Of a stretch of 64,000 nucleotides of DNA, positions 8,607 through 19,772 are shown piece after piece. The notes below the pieces were generated by a model that was not told where the DNA came from, made no database searches, and saw only the letters and a program-made list of their open reading frames with translations. Every line of letters starts with the position of its first letter. Position 1 is the stretch's first letter. The stretch lies in assembly GCA_039794085.1 (NCBI GenBank), contig JBDIWC010000013.1, forward strand, positions 20,401 through 84,400, written 5' to 3'. This stretch comes from Gemmatimonadales bacterium. Its GTDB lineage: Bacteria > Gemmatimonadota > Gemmatimonadetes > Gemmatimonadales > GWC2-71-9. The translations under genes and the position numbers were made by a program.

Positions 8607-11600
8607 GTGAATTCCGCCGAGGTTCATCCCCTGCTCGAGGTCGGCCTGCTCGGCGGTTTCCGCCTCGCCTCGGGGGGAAAGCCGGTGGAGGGCATCCAAA
8701 GCCCCCGGGCGCAGGGTCTGCTCGTCCATCTCCTGCTCAACCGGGATGGGCCACAGTCCCGGCAGCACCTCGCCTTCCTCCTCTGGCCTGACACCCCCGA
8801 ACGACAGGCCCGAACCAACCTGCGCCACCTGCTCCACGACCTTCGGCACGCTCTTCCCCAAGCCGACCGCCTCCTGTACATCGATGCCCGGGAAATCCGC
8901 TGGGGCCACGGAGCCGAGATTTCGCTGGATGTGGCCCGTTTCGAGGAGCATCTGGAGGGGGCGCGCGTGGCCGAGCGCGAGGGCATGGTCTCCGACGCGG
9001 TCGAACACCTGGAGAGTGCGGTGCGCCTTTACCATGGAGATCTCCATCCCGCCTGTTACGAGCCATGGGTGGAACCCGACCGCGTCCGTCTTCGGAATCT
9101 CTATCTCGGGTGCCTGGAGCGCTTGGTGCAGCTCCTTACCCACCAGGAGGCGATCCCCGAGGCGATTCACTATGCCACGCAACTGGTCCAGCGGAATCCC
9201 CTGCGGGAGCAGGGATACATGGCTCTCATGCGGCTGCACGAGGCGAGGGGCGATCATGCCGCCGTCTTCCGGGTGTTTCATCAATGCCGCTCCACCCTGG
9301 CACGCGAACTCCATGTCGAGCCGGGCCCCGAGATCCGGTCCATTCACCGGCGCGTGGAGCGGGCCGGTTCCGGGGACACCGCTCCGGCTCCAGCCGGCTC
9401 TCTTCCCGGCGAATCCGAACACCCACTCGTGGGTCGCGAGCGGGCCCTGGCACAGATCGAGAACTGCTGGCGTCGGACCTGTCGCGGTGCGCCGCACCTG
9501 GTCCTCATCACCGGAGACCCCGGGATCGGCAAGACCCGGCTCGCGGAGGAGTTCCTCTCCCTCACCATGGCGAGCGGCATTCCCTGTGTCCGGAGCCGGT
9601 CACACGAGGCCGAGGGTCGTCTGGCCTGGGGGCCGGTCGTGGGATGGATGCGAAGTCCGGTGTTGCGCGATGGAGTGAGAACACTCGACGCGGTCTGGTT
9701 GGGGGAGTTGGCCCGGATCCTCCCCGAACTTCGCGCGGAGCGGTCCGACCTGCCGAGCGCGGGTTCCCTGGGGACGGGCTGGGGACGGCGAAACTTCCTG
9801 GAGGCGGTGGATCGCGCCCTCCTGGCCGCCCCGCCACCCCTGGTGCTCCTCCTCGACGACATCCAGTGGACCGACTCCGGGACCCTGGAGTGGATCGGAC
9901 GCTTCCTGCGCTCCTCGGTGACCCTCCCCGTCCTTTTCCTCGCGACGATGAGAACGGAAGCCTCACCCGATTCCGAACCCGTCAACCAGCTCCTGCTGGA
10001 ATTGGAGGCCCGTGCCCAGATGACCCGGGTCGCCCTGGAGCCGCTCGATTTCGAGTCCACTTCCACGCTGGCCCGCCGTCTCTGCGCCGAGGATATCGGG
10101 GACTCCCTGGTCCACCGTCTGCATCGCGAAACCGAAGGCAACCCCCTCTTCATCGTGGAAACCCTCCGTTCCGGCGTGCTCGACGGCCCGGCGGGGGAGG
10201 ATCCCAACCACCCGCTACCGACCCCGGTGCCGGTACGGAACGTCATCGCTCATCGCCTGGGAAGGATCTCCTTCAAGGCCCGCGAGGTTGCGCACTGTGT
10301 CGCGGTGATCGGGCGGTCGTGCCCCCTCGATGTCCTCGCCCGTTCCAGTGCCTGCCCCGAGGATGAACTTGTCGATGCTCTTGATGAGCTCTGGCGTCGT
10401 CGCATCGTGTGTGAAACGGAAGGAGGGCGCTACGACTTCACGCACGACAAGATCCGGAGTGTGGCCCTGGCCGGGATCCCCCCGGCTCGCCGGAAGTGGA
10501 TCAACCGCCGCGTGGCCGAAGCGCTGACCGCACTGCGCGGATCGACCCCGGAGACGGTCGCGAGTCAGGTCGCGGCGCACTGGGAACATGCCGGCATGAT
10601 CGAACCCGCGATCGCGTCCTATGAGCTCGCCGCCGTGGACGCCCAGAGACGCTTCGCGGAGCGGGAGGCGATTGGTCATGCCCGGCGCGCCCTCGAGCTC
10701 GGCGCCACTCTCCCGGCCGATGCCAACGTGACCTCCCGGCGCGCCAGGCTCCACGTGTTGCTGGGCCGCGCGCTGGTCTCCCTGCGGGGCTGGGCGGCGC
10801 CTGAAACCGGGCAGGCGTTTCGGGAGGCGGCGATGAGCGGCAGTGAGGTCGATCAGGGAGATCACCGATTCAACGGCCTCTGGGGCCTTCAGGACTTCCA
10901 CCAGGTACGGGGTGAGTTTCGGGAAGCCACGAAGACGGCTCAACACATGTGGGTCCTCGCGGAGGAGAAGGACCGCTCCGATTGGCGTCAGGTGACGAAG
11001 CAGGAGATCGCCCTGAACACCTTCCACGCCGGTCGCTTCGCCGAAACAGTCGCGATCCAGAGTGAGATCGATACTGCACAGATCGGGACCATGGGGACGA
11101 TGGGTCAGGTCATCGCCGTGCTCCATCATGCCTACCGATCGCATCTGTCGTGGCATGGCGGGCACAGCGCACGCGCCCTGACCGAAAGCCGGGCCATGCT
11201 TGCGCTGGCGGAATCGCAAGCCAACCCACTGCAGCAAGGGGTCGCTCTGGCCTACGAAGCGATGCTGCGCCAGTTCCGCCGGGACATTCCGGAAACCCTC
11301 CAGACCGCCGAGGCGGCCATTGCGATTTGCGAACGACATGAGGTGCCCTATTACCAGGCGTGGGCCACCTTTCTTCGCGGCTGGGCGCGAGTCGTCACCG
11401 GGTCACGCGCGGCGGGGATCACCGAGATGGAACTCGCCCTGAGGGGTCTCGAGTCCACCGGCGCGGGACTCCGCATGCCCTATTACCTGGGACTGCTCGC
11501 GGAGGGCCATCTCCTCGATGACAACGCCACGCGGGCGGGGGAGCTGGTCGACGTGGCCCTCGATACGGGTCGGCGCACCGGAGAGCGGTGGTGCGAGCCG

Positions 11601-11927
11601 GAACTGCTCCGGCTGCGAGGAGGCATTCTCCAGCGGGAAGGGCGGCCCGAGGAGGCGGAGTCACACCTGCGTGAGGGAATCTCGCTGGCCCGAATCCAGG
11701 GGGCTCTCGCTCCCGAGCTCCGGTTGACCACGACCCTGGCCGGCCTCCTGAGTGCGCAGAATCGGACGACGGAAGCCCGGGTCCTGCTGTCGGACGTGTT
11801 CGACCGGTTCACCGAGGGTTGGGACACCCCCGACCTGGTCGACGCGGCCGCTCGTCTGGCCACCTTGCGGGTCGACTCGCAGGAGCCGGAGCCCGGACAC
11901 TGGAGAGGAGGGCGTCCCCTCCAGTGA
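8607..11927 (+). CDS. SARP/AfsR-like regulator: wHTH + BTAD + STAND AAA ATPase + TPR
   Basis: LLWPD..ARTNLR, NPLREQGY (BTAD), GDPGIGKT Walker A, LLLDDIQW Walker B, TEGNPLF, C-terminal FTEGWDTPDL. Confidence 0.9.
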   Translation: MNSAEVHPLLEVGLLGGFRLASGGKPVEGIQSPRAQGLLVHLLLNRDGPQSRQHLAFLLWPDTPERQARTNLRHLLHDLRHALPQADRLLYIDAREIRWGHGAEISLDVARFEEHLEGARVAEREGMVSDAVEHLESAVRLYHGDLHPACYEPWVEPDRVRLRNLYLGCLERLVQLLTHQEAIPEAIHYATQLVQRNPLREQGYMALMRLHEARGDHAAVFRVFHQCRSTLARELHVEPGPEIRSIHRRVERAGSGDTAPAPAGSLPGESEHPLVGRERALAQIENCWRRTCRGAPHLVLITGDPGIGKTRLAEEFLSLTMASGIPCVRSRSHEAEGRLAWGPVVGWMRSPVLRDGVRTLDAVWLGELARILPELRAERSDLPSAGSLGTGWGRRNFLEAVDRALLAAPPPLVLLLDDIQWTDSGTLEWIGRFLRSSVTLPVLFLATMRTEASPDSEPVNQLLLELEARAQMTRVALEPLDFESTSTLARRLCAEDIGDSLVHRLHRETEGNPLFIVETLRSGVLDGPAGEDPNHPLPTPVPVRNVIAHRLGRISFKAREVAHCVAVIGRSCPLDVLARSSACPEDELVDALDELWRRRIVCETEGGRYDFTHDKIRSVALAGIPPARRKWINRRVAEALTALRGSTPETVASQVAAHWEHAGMIEPAIASYELAAVDAQRRFAEREAIGHARRALELGATLPADANVTSRRARLHVLLGRALVSLRGWAAPETGQAFREAAMSGSEVDQGDHRFNGLWGLQDFHQVRGEFREATKTAQHMWVLAEEKDRSDWRQVTKQEIALNTFHAGRFAETVAIQSEIDTAQIGTMGTMGQVIAVLHHAYRSHLSWHGGHSARALTESRAMLALAESQANPLQQGVALAYEAMLRQFRRDIPETLQTAEAAIAICERHEVPYYQAWATFLRGWARVVTGSRAAGITEMELALRGLESTGAGLRMPYYLGLLAEGHLLDDNATRAGELVDVALDTGRRTGERWCEPELLRLRGGILQREGRPEEAESHLREGISLARIQGALAPELRLTTTLAGLLSAQNRTTEARVLLSDVFDRFTEGWDTPDLVDAAARLATLRVDSQEPEPGHWRGGRPLQ

Positions 11928-11930
11928 CAG
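11889..11930. terminator. Hairpin between convergent genes (duplicated at about 12616-12655)
   Basis: cactggagaggagggcgtcccctccagtg stem-loop. Confidence 0.45.
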
Positions 11931-11944
11931 GATGGACACCCGGC

Positions 11945-12568
11945 TCACGGTCGCCGCTCGAACACCGCAAAGAGCAGATCCGCACACGGTTCCGAGGGGG
12001 GGGCCTCGACGGTGCAGTTGGGACCCAGGAACGTCGTGCTCTGAGCCTGCTCCTGGCCGGGTACCGGCTGGCCATGCGTGCGCACAATCACGTGCACCTC
12101 GGCTCCGGCGGGGTTCAGAAGGCCCGGGCCTGACCTCACGTCGAACAGGGCGAGGATGTCTCCCGACGCATCTCCCACCATGAGTGAGCCGGTGTACCCC
12201 GTCGAGCCACCGCTCGCAATTCCGCTGCCGAGCCACACCAGACTCCCCTCCGCGATTTCCATATCGGGAAAATCACAGGCACTCACGCCGGGGCTACCCG
12301 CGGTGCACTTCGAGGGATCGTTGAAGATCGCCCCCCACAACGTGATGACATCACCCGCGGGAATGACACCGGCATCCACCGTGATGTTCGTGGTGATTCG
12401 ATCGGAGAACCGGGTCAGGGATCCGCTCCCCCTCGTGGTTCCGTCCGAGATCAGGATCAGAGCCGCTGCGGCGCTGGCATCCGGCTCGAGTGGGCCACCG
12501 GACTCCGAGCCGCACGCCATGGCCAGTGCCAGGCACCCGGCGAGAGCGAGTTTCCATCCGTACGACAT
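11945..12568 (-). CDS. Uncharacterised lipoprotein, paralog 1
   Basis: GGGAGG RBS; lipobox LAMAC; highly similar to 12673-13338. Confidence 0.8.
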   Translation of the reverse strand: MSYGWKLALAGCLALAMACGSESGGPLEPDASAAAALILISDGTTRGSGSLTRFSDRITTNITVDAGVIPAGDVITLWGAIFNDPSKCTAGSPGVSACDFPDMEIAEGSLVWLGSGIASGGSTGYTGSLMVGDASGDILALFDVRSGPGLLNPAGAEVHVIVRTHGQPVPGQEQAQSTTFLGPNCTVEAPPSEPCADLLFAVFERRP

Positions 12569-12672
12569 GACCAGCCTCCCTGTCGAGAAGAGTGACAAGC
12601 GAAGTTCGTGTCCGGGAGCCCGGACACTGGAGGAGGACGGGCCCCCTCCGGTGCCCGGATGAACACTCCGGT

Positions 12673-13338
12673 TCAGGGGACCAGCTCGAACGCCGCAAAG
12701 AGAAGGTCCGCACACGGCTCCTCGGGCTCGGCTTCGACGGTGCAGTTGGGGCCCAGGAAGGTCTTGCGCTGGGACTGCAGCGCGCCGGGGATCGGCTGGC
12801 CATGGGTGCGAATAACCACGTGCACCACGGCTCCGGCGGGGTCCAGAAGGCCCGGGCCAGACGAAAGGCCAAACAGACCAAGGATGTCTCCCGACGCATC
12901 ACCCACCATGACGTGACCGGTATACCGGGTCGAGCCACCGCTCGCGATCCCGCTGCCGAGCCACACCAGATTCCCGTTCGCGGCTTCGATATCGGGAAAA
13001 TCACAGACACTCACGTCCGGGATAGGGTGGGTGCACTTCGAGGGATCGTTGAAGATCGCCCCCCACAAGGTGATGACATCGCCCTCGGGGATGACTCCGG
13101 GGTCAACGGTGATGTGAGTGGTGATCCCGCTGGGGAGCCGGGTCAGGGTTCCGCTTCCGCCCGTGCTCAGGTCCGAAATCCGGAGCAGATCAGCCGACTG
13201 CGACCTGGACCCCCCCATGCTCGCGTTCAACGCCGGCTCCGCGCCGCTGTCCGGCCCGAGCGGCGTTCCGGCCTCCGTGTTGCACGCGGCGGCCAGCGCG
13301 ATGAACCCGGCCAGTGTGACTTTCGATCGGAATGACAT
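12673..13338 (-). CDS. Uncharacterised lipoprotein, paralog 2
   Basis: GGAGGA RBS; lipobox LAAAC; shared ITLWGAIFNDPSKC, RTHGQP, FLGPNC, PCADLLFA. Confidence 0.8.
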   Translation of the reverse strand: MSFRSKVTLAGFIALAAACNTEAGTPLGPDSGAEPALNASMGGSRSQSADLLRISDLSTGGSGTLTRLPSGITTHITVDPGVIPEGDVITLWGAIFNDPSKCTHPIPDVSVCDFPDIEAANGNLVWLGSGIASGGSTRYTGHVMVGDASGDILGLFGLSSGPGLLDPAGAVVHVVIRTHGQPIPGALQSQRKTFLGPNCTVEAEPEEPCADLLFAAFELVP

Positions 13339-13544
13339 GACAATCCTCCACGTAGGTGAAAATGGTTCCTCAGGGCAGCATCCCGACGTTTCGGCGGGGC
13401 GTGCAGGAACCCAGGCTGCAACGCCCCATCGATGTCGGGTGGCTGACGATAACTCGGAGGGCGTTCCGGAACCGTTCCTCTCTCCCGTGGTATTCACGCA
13501 ACAGGGGGGAGGGAGCCCGGCCACCGTCACGTCGGAGTGGTTAC

Positions 13545-14091
13545 GGGCAGGAGATCGACTTTCCCCGCCTTCCGGAGGGTTTTGCCCGGCTGGTCACACG
13601 GAAGCTCGATCCAGTACCTGGCGGGAAACACAGGCACTGGGATATCCTGAGGCACCTCCTGCCCCCGGAGGAACTCACCCCGGAGGAATGGTGGGCCGGG
13701 CGACAATGACGCCACCTCTTTCGTCCTGAATCAACTGGGTGTCATCGTCCGAGCCATTCGGGATCTTCATGAATACCTGGAGCGGAAATCGCACGAAATC
13801 CGGACAACGAAGCGACTACTGCAGAACTCGGCGGTTCTCCACGCGACCCTGAATCACCGGCAGCTCGCCCTGGTCCATCACGCGATGCGGAACGCCGGCT
13901 TCGTCTACTCGATCGAATCACACCGCCGTTCTCACGACGTGAGCTGTCAGACGGCGCGCACCGACCTCCTCGGCCTCAGCGACCTGACCCTGCTGGAAAA
14001 GAAGAAGAGGGGGAGACTCTTTCTGTTCTTCTCACCCCCCGACCTTGCCGAACGGCTCACGCGTGTGACTGACAGCACGATCCCGTCATGA
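13545..14091 (+). pseudogene. Fic-family gene remnant with the catalytic core deleted
   Basis: N-terminal HWDILRHLLPPEELTPEEWW joined out of frame to C-terminal DNDATSFV..LNHRQLAL..YSIESHRRSH..QTARTDL; no HPFxxGNGR motif. Confidence 0.65.
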
Positions 14092-16467
14092 TCTCGGTAG
14101 GGCGGTGCCCGGGTCCCATTGCCAGTCGCGAATCTCCGGCATGTCCTCCCCGTGCGTGACGACGTACTCCGCATGCGCGAGGAGCCTGTCCCGGATCAAC
14201 TGCTGAGTTCCGGCCGCGCGCTCCGCGAGGCCGGGCACGCGGTTGATGACGTCGTCCACCAGGTGGAATCGATCAAGGTGATTGAGGACCACCATGTCGA
14301 ACGGGGTGGTCGTGGTGCCTTCCTCTCGATAGCCGTGGACGTGCAGGTTGTGATGGTTGGCGCGGCGGTAGGTCAGACGGTGGATGAGCGGCGGATACCC
14401 GTGAAAGGCGAAGATGACCGGCGTGTCGGTGGTGAAGAACCGATCGAACTCCTCGTCGCTCAACCCATGCGGATGTTCGCTCGGTGATTGCAGTTTCATG
14501 AGGTCGACGATGTTGATCACCCGGACTCTCACCTCGGGGTGGTGGTCTCGCAGCAGCGCAACCGCCGCCAGCGTTTCCAGCGTCGGCACGTCGCCGCAGC
14601 ACGCCATCACCACATCCGGCCCGCCGCCCTCGTCGTTGCTGGCCCAGTGCCACACGCCCAGACCGGCGGTGCAGTGGGCCACGGCCGCGTCCATGTCGAG
14701 CCATTGCGGCGACGGCTGCTTCCCTGCCACGACGACGTTGACGTAGTTGCGGCTGCGGAGGCAGTGGTCCGTGACCGAGAGAAGGGTGTTCGCGTCCGGA
14801 GGCAGGTAGACCCGCGTGACGCTGGCGGTCTTGTTGGCCACCACGTCGAGGAAGCCGGGATCCTGATGGGTGAAGCCGTTGTGATCCTGCCGCCACACGT
14901 GCGAGGTGAGAAGGTAGTTGAGCGAGGCGATGGGACGGCGCCAGGGAATGTCCCGCGCCACCTTGAGCCATTTGGCGTGCTGGTTGAACATCGAATCGAC
15001 GATGTGAATGAAGGCCTCATAGCAGGAAAAGAACCCGTGGCGCCCCGTGAGAAGGTAGCCTTCGATCCAGCCTTCGCACTGGTGCTCGCTCAGCATCTCC
15101 ATGACCCGTCCGTCGGGCGCCACATGATCGTCACTCGGGAGGATCTCGGCGGTGGAACACCGATTCGTCACCTCGAACACCGCGTTCCACCGGTTCGAGG
15201 TGGTCTCGTCGGGGCTGAAGACGCGGAAGGTGTCGGGGTTGCGGGTGATCACGTCGCGGATGAACCCACCTTGGACCCGGGTGGCCTCCCCCACAACCGC
15301 CCCCGGCTGCGGCACCGTCACGGCATGCTCGCGGAAGTCGGGCAGCGTCAGGTCTCGCAGCACCAGGCCGCCGTTGGCGTGGGGGTTGGCGCTCATGCGG
15401 CGGTCGCCGGTGGGAGCCAGCTTGGCGAGCTCGGGCCGGAGCCGGCCCGTCGCATCGAACAGTTCCTCCGGACGGTAACTCCTCAGCCAGTTCTCCAGAA
15501 TGGCCACGTGGCCCGGACGGTTCATGTCCCCCATCGGCACCTGATGCGAGCGGAAGGTCCCCTCCGTCTGCTTCCCATCCACCGTCTCCGGACCGGTCCA
15601 CCCCTTGGGCGAACGGAGAATGATCATGGGCCACCGTGCCCGCTCGGTGAACCCGCGGGTGCGGGCCTCGTGCTGGATGTCCCGGATCCGGGCGAGAACG
15701 GTGTCGAGGGTTGCGGCCATCCGCTGGTGCATTTCCATCGGGTCATCCCCCTCTACCACATGGGGTTCGTACCCGTAGCCCCGGAACAACGCATCCAACT
15801 CGGGGGGCGGAATGCGCGCCAGGACGGTCGGACCCGCAATCTTGTACCCGTTCAGGTGCAGAATGGGTAGCACGGCGCCATCGTGGACCGGATTGAGGAA
15901 CTTGTTCGAGTGCCAACTGGTGGCGAGCGGTCCGGTTTCCGCCTCGCCATCGCCGACGACGCACGCGACGAGCAGATCGGGATTGTCGAACGCGGCGCCA
16001 AAGGCATGGGACAGCGAGTAGCCGAGTTCCCCGCCTTCGTGAATCGAGCCGGGCGTTTCCGCGGCCACGTGGCTGGGAATGCCTCCCGGGAAGGAAAACT
16101 GGGTGAACAGGCGCTTCATCCCCGCTTCATCCTGCGAGAGGTGGGGATAGACCTCGCTATACGTTCCCTCCAGGTAGGCGTTGGCCACCACGCCGGGACC
16201 ACCGTGGCCCGGACCGGCGATGTAGATGACGTTCAGGTCATGCGCCGTGATCGCCCGATTCAGTTGCACGTAGAGGAAGTTCAGTCCCGGCGTCGTCCCC
16301 CAATGCCCGAGCAGGCGCGGCTTGATGTGCGCCAGCGTGAGGGGCTCGCGCAGCAGCGGATTATCATACAGATAGATCTGGCCCACAGAGAGGTAGTTGG
16401 CGGCCCGCCACCAGGCGTCGATCCTCCGCAGGAGCGGGTCGGAGTGTGGTCGCGGTGGGACGGTCAT
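14086..16467 (-). CDS. xfp: Xylulose-5-P/fructose-6-P phosphoketolase
   Basis: [42 protein letters not shown]. Confidence 0.97.
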   Translation of the reverse strand: MTVPPRPHSDPLLRRIDAWWRAANYLSVGQIYLYDNPLLREPLTLAHIKPRLLGHWGTTPGLNFLYVQLNRAITAHDLNVIYIAGPGHGGPGVVANAYLEGTYSEVYPHLSQDEAGMKRLFTQFSFPGGIPSHVAAETPGSIHEGGELGYSLSHAFGAAFDNPDLLVACVVGDGEAETGPLATSWHSNKFLNPVHDGAVLPILHLNGYKIAGPTVLARIPPPELDALFRGYGYEPHVVEGDDPMEMHQRMAATLDTVLARIRDIQHEARTRGFTERARWPMIILRSPKGWTGPETVDGKQTEGTFRSHQVPMGDMNRPGHVAILENWLRSYRPEELFDATGRLRPELAKLAPTGDRRMSANPHANGGLVLRDLTLPDFREHAVTVPQPGAVVGEATRVQGGFIRDVITRNPDTFRVFSPDETTSNRWNAVFEVTNRCSTAEILPSDDHVAPDGRVMEMLSEHQCEGWIEGYLLTGRHGFFSCYEAFIHIVDSMFNQHAKWLKVARDIPWRRPIASLNYLLTSHVWRQDHNGFTHQDPGFLDVVANKTASVTRVYLPPDANTLLSVTDHCLRSRNYVNVVVAGKQPSPQWLDMDAAVAHCTAGLGVWHWASNDEGGGPDVVMACCGDVPTLETLAAVALLRDHHPEVRVRVINIVDLMKLQSPSEHPHGLSDEEFDRFFTTDTPVIFAFHGYPPLIHRLTYRRANHHNLHVHGYREEGTTTTPFDMVVLNHLDRFHLVDDVINRVPGLAERAAGTQQLIRDRLLAHAEYVVTHGEDMPEIRDWQWDPGTALPRS

Positions 16468-16473
16468 GGCCGG

Positions 16474-17697
16474 TCACGCTCCTCTGGTGTCGTCGCCGAG
16501 GTGGAGCACCCGGGCAACCGATCGGGCGATCATCAGTTCCTCGTTCGTGGGGATGACGCGCACGGTCACCCGGCTCGCGTCGCTGGAGATCACCTCGGCG
16601 TGCACCGCATTCCGGCCCTCATCCAGGGCGAGGCCCAGAAACCCCAGACCGCCGCAGATGCGGGACCGAATCGAGGCACTCCGCTCCCCGATGCCCGCCG
16701 AGAAGACCAGGGTGTCCAGCCCTCCGAGCGCGGCGGCGAATGCGCCCACCCATTTCTTCGCCTGGTAGCAGAAGAGCGAGACCGCGTCCGCGGCCCGGGC
16801 ATCGTCGGGCTCTCGGGCGAGGAGGTCCCGCATGTCGGCGCTGGTTTCCGACACGCCGAGCAATCCGGAGTCGTGATGGACCATGTCATGAAACTGCTCG
16901 ACGGTCATCTGCTCGCTCTGCGCGAGAAACGACAGCAGCCCCGGGTCCAGGTCGCCGGTTCGGGTGCTCATCATGAGCCCGGCCGCCGGTGTGAACCCCA
17001 TGCTCGTGTCGATGCTCCGGCCTCCCTGTACCGCGGCCAGGCTGGCGCCATTCCCGAGGTGGGCGAGAATCACCCGTCCGCGGGCGGCGTCCGGTCCCGC
17101 GGCACGGGCGAGCGCTTCCAGGAGGTAGGCGTAGGACAGGCCGTGAAAGCCGTAGCGTTTGACGCCCTGCGCCTGGTAGCGCCGCGGAATGGGCAGCAGC
17201 GAGGCAACGCGCGGCATCCCGGCATGAAAGGCCGTGTCAAAGCAGGCCACCTGGGGCAGCTCGGGGTGACACTCGCGGAAGGCCTCGATCAGCGCGATCT
17301 CGCCGGGCAGGTGGTCCGGGGCATAGCGCGTTGCGCCATGGAGTTCGTCGAGCACGTCGGGGGTGACGCATACCGGCTCCGTGCGCTCCATGCCATGGAC
17401 CACGCGGTGCCCCACGGCGACCACCGCGGCGAATTCCTCCCGCGCCTCGAGCCAATGGATCAGGAATCCGTGCCCCGGCTGGTCGGCGGGCACCTCGATC
17501 TGGCCGTCACCCGATCCGTCCTTCTCCGTGCGCCATGAAAGTGTCGAACCGTCCAGGCCCATCCGGTCGAGTTCCCCCGACAACACGCGCACCGGAGCTT
17601 CCCCGGCATGGTACACGGCGAACTTCAGACTCGACGAACCCCCGTTGATGGCCAGGACGGCGGCACGGCGGGGGACGGTCTCGCCGACCGGGATCAC
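16474..17697 (-). CDS. ackA: Acetate kinase
   Basis: INGGSSSLK, GHRVVHG, FDTAFH, RYGFHG, HLGNGAS, DTSMGFTP, PTNEE; GTG start overlaps the copB stop. Confidence 0.95.
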   Translation of the reverse strand: MIPVGETVPRRAAVLAINGGSSSLKFAVYHAGEAPVRVLSGELDRMGLDGSTLSWRTEKDGSGDGQIEVPADQPGHGFLIHWLEAREEFAAVVAVGHRVVHGMERTEPVCVTPDVLDELHGATRYAPDHLPGEIALIEAFRECHPELPQVACFDTAFHAGMPRVASLLPIPRRYQAQGVKRYGFHGLSYAYLLEALARAAGPDAARGRVILAHLGNGASLAAVQGGRSIDTSMGFTPAAGLMMSTRTGDLDPGLLSFLAQSEQMTVEQFHDMVHHDSGLLGVSETSADMRDLLAREPDDARAADAVSLFCYQAKKWVGAFAAALGGLDTLVFSAGIGERSASIRSRICGGLGFLGLALDEGRNAVHAEVISSDASRVTVRVIPTNEELMIARSVARVLHLGDDTRGA

Positions 17698-19736
17698 AGC
17701 GCGTTTCGCTTGAGGAGCTGGGCGTTGATCGCCACGATCACCGTGCTGGCGGACATCAGCACCGCGCCGATGGCGGGGGTGAGGAGAATTCCCCACGCGG
17801 CCAGTGCGCCGGCCGCCAAGGGGATGGCAACAATGTTGTAGCCCGCCGCCCACCACAGATTCTGGATCATCTTCCGATACGTAAGCCGTGACAGCGTGAC
17901 GATCCTGGGGATGTCGCGCGGGTCGGAGCGCACCAGCACGATGTGCCCGGCCTCCACCGCCACGTCGGTTCCGGCCCCGATGGCGATACCCACGTCGGCC
18001 GTGGCGAGGGCCGGGGCATCGTTCACCCCGTCTCCGACCATGGCCACCTTCTTCCCCTGCGCCTGCAGTTCCCGCACCTTGGAGGCCTTGTCCTCGGGAA
18101 GAACCTGGGCAAAGACGGTGTCGATCCCGAGATCGGCGGCCACCGCGTCGGCGACGGCCTGGGCGTCGCCGGTGAGCATGGCCACCTCGATGCCCCGACC
18201 GTGCAGCGCGCGGATCGCCTCGCGGCTTTCTTCGCGGATCGCGTCCGCCACGGCAAAGACCGCCACGGGTCGCCCCTCCCGCAGGAGATAGATCGCTGCC
18301 TGCCCCCGGCCCGCCGCGGCTTCGGCCGCTGTGTGGAGCACCTCCGGTACCTCGACCTTCTCCGCCTCCAGGAGCGCAGGCCCGCCCATGTGATAGTCGG
18401 TCCCATCCACCGAGGCGGCCACTCCCTTGCCGGTGATGGCCCTGAAGCCCTCGACGGAGGGGACGGTCAGCTCCCGGTCCTCCGCCGTCTTCACGATTCC
18501 CCGGGCAATGGGGTGCTGCGATTGCGACTCGACACCCGCCGCGATCCGGAGGGCCTCCTCCTCGGGAACGCCCTCCGTCACCGCCATCTCCACCACCCGG
18601 AACTCGCCGAGGGTGAGGGTGCCGGTCTTGTCGAAGATCACGGTGTTCAGGTTCCTGGCCTCCTCCAGACCCCGCCGATCCCGTACCAGGAGGCCGTTGC
18701 GGGCGCCAAGAGTGGTGGAAATGGCCACCACGAGGGGCACGGCGAGACCGAGGGCGTGGGGGCAGGCGATGACCAGAACCGTCACCACGCGGACGAGGGA
18801 GAAGTCGAGGGGGGCGCCCACGATCTGCCAGGCGACAAGGGTGACGACCGCGGCGACGATGGCAACGCCGGTCAGGATCTGGGCCGCACGGTCCGCCAGG
18901 TGCTGGGTGCGGGATTTGGAGGTCTGGGCGTCGGCCACCAGCCGCATGATTCCCGAGAGCTTGGTGTGCTCCCCCGTCCCCGTGACCTCCACGCGAAGGG
19001 CGCCCTCCCCGTTGATGGTCGCGGCGATGACCTCGTCGCCCTCGGTCTTCCTCACCGGCCTCGACTCGCCCGTGATCATCGCCTCGTCGAGGTCGCTCTC
19101 CCCCTTCCGGACCACTCCGTCCGCCGGTACACTCTCACCGGGACGGACCAACACCAGATCTCCATCCTTCAGCTCGCTCACCGGCACCGTTTCCTCCCCA
19201 CTGTCGGTGACGCGGGTCGCCATGTCCGGAAGGAGCTTCGCCAGTTCCTTGAGTGCGCCCTGGGCCTGGGAGATGGAGCGCATCTCGATCCAATGCCCCA
19301 GAAGCATGACGGTGACCAGGGACGCGAGTTCCCACCAGAGGGCGTTCGCCTGGATCAGGCCGAGCTGCACCACCCAGGAAAAGACGAAGGCCACGGCGAT
19401 GGCGAGGGAGATCAGCGTCATCATCCCCGGCAGGCGGTCCCTCAGCTCCCGCCAGGCCCCCCGGAGAAAGACCAATCCTCCATACAGAAACACCACCGTG
19501 CCCAGCACCGGGGGAACCCAGGCCGACCCGGGAAACTCGGGGGCCTCGTAGCCCAAAAGGTCCTGGATGTGGGCCGACCAGAAAACCACGGGGAGGGTGA
19601 ACAGGAATGAGAGCCAGAACTTGTCCCGGAACATCTTCGGGCTATGGCCCTCGTGCTTGCTGTGGCCCTGGCTCTTGTCGCGGGTCTCACGAGGGGTGCT
19701 TCCACCCTCGTGCACGTGATGGGTGTCAGCGCTCAC
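17694..19736 (-). CDS. copB: Copper-translocating P1B-3 type ATPase
   Basis: His-rich N-terminus, TGES, CPHALG, DKTGT, GDGVND, YN and MSAST motifs. Confidence 0.92.
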   Translation of the reverse strand: MSADTHHVHEGGSTPRETRDKSQGHSKHEGHSPKMFRDKFWLSFLFTLPVVFWSAHIQDLLGYEAPEFPGSAWVPPVLGTVVFLYGGLVFLRGAWRELRDRLPGMMTLISLAIAVAFVFSWVVQLGLIQANALWWELASLVTVMLLGHWIEMRSISQAQGALKELAKLLPDMATRVTDSGEETVPVSELKDGDLVLVRPGESVPADGVVRKGESDLDEAMITGESRPVRKTEGDEVIAATINGEGALRVEVTGTGEHTKLSGIMRLVADAQTSKSRTQHLADRAAQILTGVAIVAAVVTLVAWQIVGAPLDFSLVRVVTVLVIACPHALGLAVPLVVAISTTLGARNGLLVRDRRGLEEARNLNTVIFDKTGTLTLGEFRVVEMAVTEGVPEEEALRIAAGVESQSQHPIARGIVKTAEDRELTVPSVEGFRAITGKGVAASVDGTDYHMGGPALLEAEKVEVPEVLHTAAEAAAGRGQAAIYLLREGRPVAVFAVADAIREESREAIRALHGRGIEVAMLTGDAQAVADAVAADLGIDTVFAQVLPEDKASKVRELQAQGKKVAMVGDGVNDAPALATADVGIAIGAGTDVAVEAGHIVLVRSDPRDIPRIVTLSRLTYRKMIQNLWWAAGYNIVAIPLAAGALAAWGILLTPAIGAVLMSASTVIVAINAQLLKRNAL

Positions 19737-19772
19737 GGTGGAGATCCTTTCCCGTCCGGCGGGGGCGCGCGA

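Noticed and set aside
8607..11927. Avs-type antiphage STAND NTPase
   Set aside because: The N-terminus is wHTH-BTAD, typical of transcriptional regulators, with no nuclease or other effector domain
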